Shown: positions 39,085-44,118 of the stretch, piece by piece
How positions within the stretch are numbered: the first letter of the stretch is position 1
Layout of the letters: each line of letters opens with the position of its first letter
Notes under the pieces: generated by a model
The model's input: only the letters and a program-made list of their open reading frames with translations
The model's database searches: none
What the model was told of the DNA's origin: nothing
Position numbers and translations under genes: made by a program
Origin: a virus
Lineage: Duplodnaviria; Caudoviricetes
Length of the DNA stretch: 44,118 nt
Virus record (IMG/VR): IMGVR_UViG_3300030372_001002
Span: 1-44,118 of that record
Strand: one strand, 5' to 3'

Positions 39085-41154
39085 TTAATATGAAGATGAA
39101 GAAGATGACGATGATGAAGGAGCTGTGGGTGTAAATGTGGTAGACCCTACTCTATATGTATCTGAGGTAGTAGAACTTGTATTTACATTAGTTGTCTCTG
39201 TATCAGTTCCAATAGTTGCATTCGCTATTTCACTGTCAGTCAATCTTGCTATATTAGCAGTTTTGTAACTAGATGTAGCAGTATAAAGATTTCCTGATGT
39301 ATTATCACCAGATTCTATGGTATCAACTAACATATCTACAGAACTCTTACTTACATCTAATTGCAAGTAAAGATCTTGCAGTCCAATCACATCATTTGAC
39401 TGAGGACATGCTGATACTTCAATAATTGGTATGTCTTGAATTGTTTTACTTGTTCCTGTAATATTTACAGGTTTCAATAACAGTTCACCTTTCTCATAAT
39501 CAATAGTTCCAACATTATTGCTTACTATGATTGGATTGTTAGTTCCTTGTAATCTAAAGAAGAATAAAGAACCAGTTTTACCACCTTTTGCAGGTAAGTC
39601 ACTTAAGTAGACAGTATTGGATAAACCAAAGATAGTAAACCCTGATGATTTGATATTATAACCACTCATTCTCTTTATATAGAATTGATTGCCAAAACAT
39701 AACTCATATTCTGCAGATTGGTTCAATGCAGGTTTCATATCTCTTCTAATTTCAATCTTGGTAATATTAGAAGTGATTGAATCATGACTATTATCTACAA
39801 TTCCTTGAAATCTACTATATTTGAATTTTGCACCATATTTATTCAGTTCTGTTGAGTCTGCATATTGATTAATATTATTTGTAACCACAGTTCTGACTGC
39901 ATTTGCATCAGGAGCTAAATTTGGGTTATAATATGCATTAACATCAACCTCAACATACAAAAATTTCAAATCTTGTATTTCACAAACAATTCCAGCAACA
40001 GAATATTTTTTTATTAGAGTTTTTAGGTTATTTTTAATGGCATCTGGAACAAAAGGTCCATAAAATGGTTTTATGGTAATAAAAACCTTTCCAAACTGTG
40101 GTGGACTTAGTTCTTCACCTCCAAAAACTGAAACTGACTCTGCTTCAGGGTAAATTTTGGGAATTAGTGCTTCATAATCACTTGCAGTGACTGCTCTATT
40201 GAATGTAGAGTATATTTTAGGTGCAAAACGCTTTACAGACTCCACAGATTCAATTTCTTTGCCTCCTAAAGAGGCATTTACAGTGGTGATGACTGAAATT
40301 CCTGTGCTCACAAGATTATTGTTGTTATCAACCACTCTTCCATTGAAAGAAAAGGAAGAAATACCATTTCCATCACTTCCATTAGTGGTAATATAGGAAA
40401 CATCAATATAATTCAGTGATTCTAACTTTTTACCAAAGACACCATCACCAAAAATGAGTTCATATCTTTGATCTTCCACTTCTTGAACAAAATATACACA
40501 AGAAGTGTCTGTAACTTCTATTAGGGTATCAGAAAATACATATTTTTTAGAAGTAGTGCTTGCTTCAGTGTCTCTTACAGCTACTTCTAGAGTAGAAGTG
40601 TCAATATATGGGTTATCTAGGATATATCTTACTGGTGGTGCAGGGTTTTCTGAGGTAACAGTGAAGTTTGCTGTTAAAAATGACCCCTCAAAGATCTCAA
40701 CATCACCAAAAGTGGCAATTCCATCAACTACAGGGACTGTAATGTCACTTGGAATGGAAAATGAGTAACTTTCTGACCCAAATGTTGCTGCAGAAGTTGC
40801 TACAATACCTTTCTTAAGGGTTAGAGTGATAGGTTTAGTAGTAAATCCAGTTGTATCTACAAAAAATGAAACTACTGCCTTTGCAGAAGTCCTTGATCTG
40901 GGTGTATAACCTATATTTCTTGCTAGTGCAACTACATTTTCTCTCAAAGTAGCACTATCTATGAAAACCTCATTGCTAATCATGTTAGCATTGTATGAGG
41001 AGATGTATGTATTGTATGCTAATACATCAATTATGCTTGCAAGGTTTGATCCTTCAAAGTCATAGTCAGTAAAATTGGAATTTGCTCTCAAATAATCCTT
41101 CAGAGAAGTCTTTATTTGATCAAAATCTAGATTTGTGAAATTAACTAGTGCCAT
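39085..41154 (-). CDS. g6: Baseplate wedge protein gp6
   Basis: LDFDQIK.SLKDYLR...FTDYDFEGSNL..IIDVLAYNTY, FIDSATLRENVV.LARNIGY.P, RAVTASDYE motifs. Confidence 0.96.
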   Translation of the reverse strand: MALVNFTNLDFDQIKTSLKDYLRANSNFTDYDFEGSNLASIIDVLAYNTYISSYNANMISNEVFIDSATLRENVVALARNIGYTPRSRTSAKAVVSFFVDTTGFTTKPITLTLKKGIVATSAATFGSESYSFSIPSDITVPVVDGIATFGDVEIFEGSFLTANFTVTSENPAPPVRYILDNPYIDTSTLEVAVRDTEASTTSKKYVFSDTLIEVTDTSCVYFVQEVEDQRYELIFGDGVFGKKLESLNYIDVSYITTNGSDGNGISSFSFNGRVVDNNNNLVSTGISVITTVNASLGGKEIESVESVKRFAPKIYSTFNRAVTASDYEALIPKIYPEAESVSVFGGEELSPPQFGKVFITIKPFYGPFVPDAIKNNLKTLIKKYSVAGIVCEIQDLKFLYVEVDVNAYYNPNLAPDANAVRTVVTNNINQYADSTELNKYGAKFKYSRFQGIVDNSHDSITSNITKIEIRRDMKPALNQSAEYELCFGNQFYIKRMSGYNIKSSGFTIFGLSNTVYLSDLPAKGGKTGSLFFFRLQGTNNPIIVSNNVGTIDYEKGELLLKPVNITGTSKTIQDIPIIEVSACPQSNDVIGLQDLYLQLDVSKSSVDMLVDTIESGDNTSGNLYTATSSYKTANIARLTDSEIANATIGTDTETTNVNTSSTTSDTYRVGSTTFTPTAPSSSSSSSSSY

Positions 41155-41556
41155 TTATCTTGTTGGCTGTAGTGCAAATGCTAATTGTTGAGGAAGAGCA
41201 TCAATTCCTATGATATTATATGTAAGTACAACATCAAAAGCATTCCCTTCAGGGTCAGGAGTTGCCTTTACGCTAATCAATTTCACTCTAGGTTCATAAT
41301 TATCAAGGGTATCCTTAATATCATCCTCAACAATGGAGGCAGATATCTCATCTACATTGTCAAATAGTGATTCATACACTCTAGAACCCAGATCTGGATT
41401 AAAAAATCTTTCACCAGGTCTTGTCAGTACTAAATTACGCACAGAACGAGCAATTGCAACCTCATTTTTGGTTGCAATTAGGTCTGAGCTGATAGGATTA
41501 ACATCAAAAGACATGCTAATGTCCTTAAATCCCCTACTAATCCTCTCTACAGGCAT
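41155..41556 (-). CDS. g25: Baseplate wedge subunit gp25
   Basis: FKDISMSF, AIARSVRNLVLT.PGERFFNPDLGS, NYEPRV motifs. Confidence 0.96.
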   Translation of the reverse strand: MPVERISRGFKDISMSFDVNPISSDLIATKNEVAIARSVRNLVLTRPGERFFNPDLGSRVYESLFDNVDEISASIVEDDIKDTLDNYEPRVKLISVKATPDPEGNAFDVVLTYNIIGIDALPQQLAFALQPTR

Positions 41557-41577
41557 GAAATAACGTTAAATATAAGT

Positions 41578-41585
41578 TATTTATT
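41578..41585 (-). promoter_or_regulatory. Late promoter AATAAATA heading the baseplate operon
   Basis: Overlaps the stop of the 216-aa gene (GAA TAA ATA), 22 nt upstream of g25. Confidence 0.7.
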
Positions 41586-42231
41586 CACGTTCTTTTGCTA
41601 TTTTCCAGAAGTAATCATCCTGATCACCCATTCCATCATACTCCCTACCATTTTCTACCTGATAATACTGTGTAGACACCTTAAAGTCAGGTTGTTTAGG
41701 TTCTTTGGGTGTAATACTATTGTCATATATTCTCATTCTGTTGTTTGGGTACAGAGCATACTGTCCATTTTCCAATTCAATAAGGTTATGTGACTTATGT
41801 TCTGCAGGTGTCTCACTTGTAGAGTAATCTACAAAGTCAGGATGGTCATGATAGTTATCCAGAGTGGCAACATAAGTGCCCTTCATGACTCCATGATCCC
41901 TTGTATACAACTCATATGACATAGAACCTATAAATTGCTTTTGAACTGCTGTGACTCCATAATCCATACAGTTCCAAAACTGTAGATTATACAGATTCAT
42001 ATCAGGATCTGGTATCTCAGGATCAGTTAAGAATGCACTGATAGGTAACTTATCAAACATTGCAGCATATTCTGGTAAATATGTCTCAAAATAAAAAGCA
42101 CGTCCAGGCATACTCTTTGCAGATACCCAGACGCCTCTTGTAAATTCACCAAAACCATGTTTAAAGTCAGTTAAATACTCCTTTCTTACCCATACCTCAA
42201 TGGCAGGAAGATTGCAGATTAGTGAACTCAT
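41581..42231 (-). CDS. Conserved phage hypothetical protein (216 aa, aromatic-rich)
   Basis: Long ORF abutting the upstream gene; NLP...WVRKEYL, W[ND]C.DY, EHKSHN and YPNNR motifs look like a conserved cyanophage family. Function unknown. Confidence 0.85.
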   Translation of the reverse strand: MSSLICNLPAIEVWVRKEYLTDFKHGFGEFTRGVWVSAKSMPGRAFYFETYLPEYAAMFDKLPISAFLTDPEIPDPDMNLYNLQFWNCMDYGVTAVQKQFIGSMSYELYTRDHGVMKGTYVATLDNYHDHPDFVDYSTSETPAEHKSHNLIELENGQYALYPNNRMRIYDNSITPKEPKQPDFKVSTQYYQVENGREYDGMGDQDDYFWKIAKERE

Positions 42232-42375
42232 TTACTTTCCTTGCCCCCTATACTTCTTTTTTGCTTTATTGGAACTAGTAGCAGCATACTTGGTGTGCTT
42301 ACCATATCCTTGACTAGTTTTCTTGGGTATGGTCTCTACAAACTCATTTCCAGAGAGAGATTTTCTGATTGGCAT
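42232..42375 (-). CDS. 47-aa highly basic peptide (below the ORF-track cutoff)
   Basis: Manual translation MPIRKSLSGNEFVETIPKKTSQGYGKHTKYAATSSNKAKKKYRGQGK*. TAATG overlap with the upstream gene; its TAA directly abuts the next ATG. Confidence 0.85.
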   Translation of the reverse strand: MPIRKSLSGNEFVETIPKKTSQGYGKHTKYAATSSNKAKKKYRGQGK

Positions 42376-42581
42376 TACTCTTCTTCCTCCAATTTTTTCA
42401 TAATTTGCTCAGACATTGCAAGAACATTAGATACATTCTTGAGATTTTCTATTTGAAACATTACATCAGCAATGTGTTTACTAATATAAGGTTCCTCACT
42501 TCTTGCTGCAAAAGCAAGAGCATTCCTAAGTGATGCAACTGCCTCATCCAATGAGTCTTGCACTTGTTTTGATAGTGTCAT
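42375..42581 (-). CDS. Hypothetical 68-aa helical protein
   Basis: The true start is probably the ATG at 42581 (MTLSKQVQDSLDEAVASLRNALAFAAR...), preceded by SD AGGAG. The 140-aa track ORF extends spuriously into the GT gene. Confidence 0.8.
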   Translation of the reverse strand: MTLSKQVQDSLDEAVASLRNALAFAARSEEPYISKHIADVMFQIENLKNVSNVLAMSEQIMKKLEEEE

Positions 42582-42591
42582 TAGAGGTCTC

Positions 42592-43359
42592 CTAGATAAC
42601 TCTTGTTTTCTCATGACCCACTCTGATTCTTGGATCACACCATATCTCCTCACCTTGCTCAATGGCATCCAAGCAGAATGAGACATCCTCACCACACATA
42701 TCTTGCACTGCCCCTGACTCAAAGACTTGCATCTTAGGTGCAAACCAAGGATAAGGCAGATTCTCAAAGACACCATTCTTAATGAGTACCCAACCAAAAC
42801 CTGTATAGTCTACTGTGAAAGGCTTTCTACGCTTACTCATAGACTCCACAGTCTCATGATTCATTACGCCACCATTCTTTCTGAAATCATCTTCTTCCAA
42901 CCAGTGAGCAACTGAGGTGGTTGTGCCATCTTCAGTAGCATACCAACCTGCTGAAATAGGTCTTTCATCACCTTCTGCTGGAACTGCTACATCACAGAGT
43001 TGCCAGAACTTTTCTGTAGTAAAGACAATATCAGAGTCAATCCATAACTGATAGTCATAGTTAAGTTTGCCATCCCAAGGAATTTGCTTTGGTCCTCTGA
43101 GAACATTTGCACCAAGAACCTTACATCTTGCAAAGTTTACCATAGAAGAGTAGTCTTGACTAATCTGTATAGACATACCATTCTGTACCATGTCAAAACA
43201 TAGTTGTACAAAGTTCTTTAAAAAGATATATGAGCATCCTCTACCTGGTAAGCAAAACACTATGGTCTTACCTTTCATTCTTTCCTTGATAGCATCATAA
43301 TCCCAATCCTCTGCCTTGGGTTTTGGTGCTGCTGCTTTAACAGTAAATCCTTTTGCCAT
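42592..43359 (-). CDS. GT-A fold (GT2-like) glycosyltransferase
   Basis: IVFCLPG strand, SSMVNFAR helix, DxD motif in YQLWIDSDIVF, YTGFGWVLIK, acceptor-side GEDVSFC, and DPRIRVGHEK with a C-terminal His. Confidence 0.85.
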   Translation of the reverse strand: MAKGFTVKAAAPKPKAEDWDYDAIKERMKGKTIVFCLPGRGCSYIFLKNFVQLCFDMVQNGMSIQISQDYSSMVNFARCKVLGANVLRGPKQIPWDGKLNYDYQLWIDSDIVFTTEKFWQLCDVAVPAEGDERPISAGWYATEDGTTTSVAHWLEEDDFRKNGGVMNHETVESMSKRRKPFTVDYTGFGWVLIKNGVFENLPYPWFAPKMQVFESGAVQDMCGEDVSFCLDAIEQGEEIWCDPRIRVGHEKTRVI

Positions 43360-43382
43360 AACTGTGTAATACCTTCAATTCA

Positions 43383-43411
43383 ATTATAGGGTATAATATG
43401 TATTATGTCAA
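43383..43411 (-). promoter_or_regulatory. Perfect sigma70-consensus promoter TTGACA-N17-TATAAT upstream of the glycosyltransferase
   Basis: Minus strand reads TTGACA taatacatattataccc TATAAT (-35 at 43411-43406, -10 at 43388-43383), 24 nt upstream of the GT ATG. Confidence 0.88.
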
Positions 43412-43635
43412 TAAGAATCTTCTTCCCACTTATGTTTGTAGATAACCCTACCTGGTCCTCCAACACCTGCCTTGGGACCTAACTTGATATATGATAAATC
43501 TCTCTCAGTATAATCTGTCTTGAGCAACCCTACCATGACATTCAGTAGTTGCCATTTCTCCTCAAAATCTTCCTCACTTAAATTGCAATATAATACTCTG
43601 TCTCTTGCATATATGTGATAACTGGTTGTCTCCAT
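43408..43635 (-). CDS. Hypothetical 75-aa protein
   Basis: Co-oriented ORF; its TGA stop forms part of the -35 box of the next promoter. Confidence 0.75.
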   Translation of the reverse strand: METTSYHIYARDRVLYCNLSEEDFEEKWQLLNVMVGLLKTDYTERDLSYIKLGPKAGVGGPGRVIYKHKWEEDSY

Positions 43636-43639
43636 AATA

Positions 43640-43741
43640 TCAGGAATTAAACACTTTATATATGCTCACTGCAATTACTCCAAGGGCAGTCCACATACAA
43701 AAGTTAAGTATCCTGAAAGGTAATAGAATGAAAAACTTCAT
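43640..43741 (-). CDS. Putative 33-aa single-pass membrane peptide
   Basis: Manual translation MKFFILLPFRILNFCMWTALGVIAVSIYKVFNS*; stop 4 nt before the next ATG; no clear SD. Confidence 0.5.
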   Translation of the reverse strand: MKFFILLPFRILNFCMWTALGVIAVSIYKVFNS

Positions 43742-43742
43742 G

Positions 43743-43900
43743 GGCAAATTTTTTTAGGCAAAATTTTTTTTTATATCTCTATATCTCTATCTCAATTTGT
43801 CACCTCTGTAGGTTAGGGTCTCTTTGTTTTTTTCGCCACGCCCCCCACAAACAAACACAAACCAACACAAATAACTGCTGATTCACTAACACCAACACCA
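43743..43900. repeat. Non-coding low-complexity block: duplicated GGCAAA(A)T-tract, ATATCTCT tandem, C6 run, AAC[AC]C-type repeats
   Basis: ggcaaa-T7-a-ggcaaaa-T-run; tatatctctatatctctatctc; ccccccacaaacaaacacaaaccaacacaa...aacaccaacaccaa. No plausible ORF. Confidence 0.7.
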
Positions 43901-43935
43901 ATAAAATAAGGGTGCTAATTAACACATAGCACCCT
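43899..43935 (-). terminator. Intrinsic terminator downstream of the 34-aa ORF
   Basis: Perfect 9-bp stem AGGGTGCTA (43909-43917) / TAGCACCCT (43927-43935) with a 9-nt loop, followed on the minus strand by UAUUUUAUU. Confidence 0.8.
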
Positions 43936-43950
43936 CACAGTTGTTGTTAC

Positions 43951-44055
43951 TTATAGTACTGTATCTTTCACCTCTACAATATCATCTAGCACTGATAATA
44001 TGTCTGCTCCAGTGTTAGTTTGCTCAAGTAGAAAAAATGCAAAGTTAGGTGACAT
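43951..44055 (-). CDS. Hypothetical 34-aa peptide
   Basis: Manual translation MSPNFAFFLLEQTNTGADILSVLDDIVEVKDTVL*, bracketed by a structured leader and a terminator. Confidence 0.65.
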   Translation of the reverse strand: MSPNFAFFLLEQTNTGADILSVLDDIVEVKDTVL

Positions 44056-44077
44056 AATCACTAATAATAAATGTACA

Positions 44078-44104
44078 GAATAGTTTAGAGACTTACTCAG
44101 GTCT
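44078..44104 (-). other. Predicted compact H-type RNA pseudoknot in the leader of the 34-aa ORF
   Basis: AGAC CUGAGUAA GUCU CUAAAC UAUUC: stem 1 AGAC/GUCU; the loop GAGUA pairs with downstream UAUUC (one G-U). Confidence 0.45.
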
Positions 44105-44118
44105 GATAACATTTAGTG

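Noticed and set aside
42582-42797. N-terminal extension of the 140-aa track ORF
   Set aside because: It overlaps the GT gene out of frame; a good SD and ATG at 42581 define a 68-aa gene instead.
537-42915. The many plus-strand ORFs of 60-128 aa in the track (e.g. 953-1339, 1705-2037, 13883-14146, 26161-26475, 42241-42456)
   Set aside because: All lie antisense to well-supported minus-strand genes, have Ser/Pro/Leu/Ile-rich shadow composition, and show no RBS or recognisable motif.
43845-43905. AAC[AC]C repeats as a CRISPR array or iteron set
   Set aside because: Units are 4-6 nt, irregular and have no spacers; treated as low-complexity sequence within the boundary element.
1-44118. Stop-codon reassignment, tRNA or rRNA genes
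   Set aside because: Core genes translate at full expected length in the standard code with TAA, TAG and TGA all used as stops; intergenic gaps show no cloverleaf or rRNA-like sequence.

Overview
This window is part of the genome of a T4-like myovirus, most likely a marine cyanophage (Kyanoviridae-type gene order, low GC, VrlC/DUF4815-like and giant gp7 baseplate proteins). Every credible gene is on the minus strand. Read in transcription direction (right to left) it contains: the end of a small-gene region (34-aa ORF, intrinsic terminator, low-complexity A-tract/CA-rich non-coding block); a cassette under a perfect sigma70-consensus promoter (GT-A glycosyltransferase plus three small conserved hypotheticals); the baseplate cluster (g25, g6, 4032-aa g7-like, a short fibre with a gp9/gp10-type N-terminus, g8, 2698-aa VrlC-like); neck and tail completion genes (g13, g14, g15); packaging genes (g16, g17, separated by a 645-aa fibritin-like gene and two small ORFs); tail sheath and tube (g18, g19); portal g20; prohead genes g21 and g22; and the 5' part of major capsid g23. 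About 13 T4-type late promoters (NNTAAATA) punctuate the cluster. I saw no tRNA, rRNA, CRISPR array, intron, intein or transposase. The most unusual signals are: (1) roughly tenfold CpG depletion (by-eye tally; one 3.3 kb stretch has none), with many of the surviving CpGs near gene starts, like CpG islands; (2) a G-[IV]-x-[TS] peptide motif spread through outer virion proteins but not internal ones, in a cluster headed by a glycosyltransferase; (3) a DUF4214-like insert in the VrlC-like protein; (4) small beta-modules shared among neck, tail and baseplate proteins; (5) structured non-coding elements at the right end. All family assignments come from recognising motifs by eye, not from database searches.
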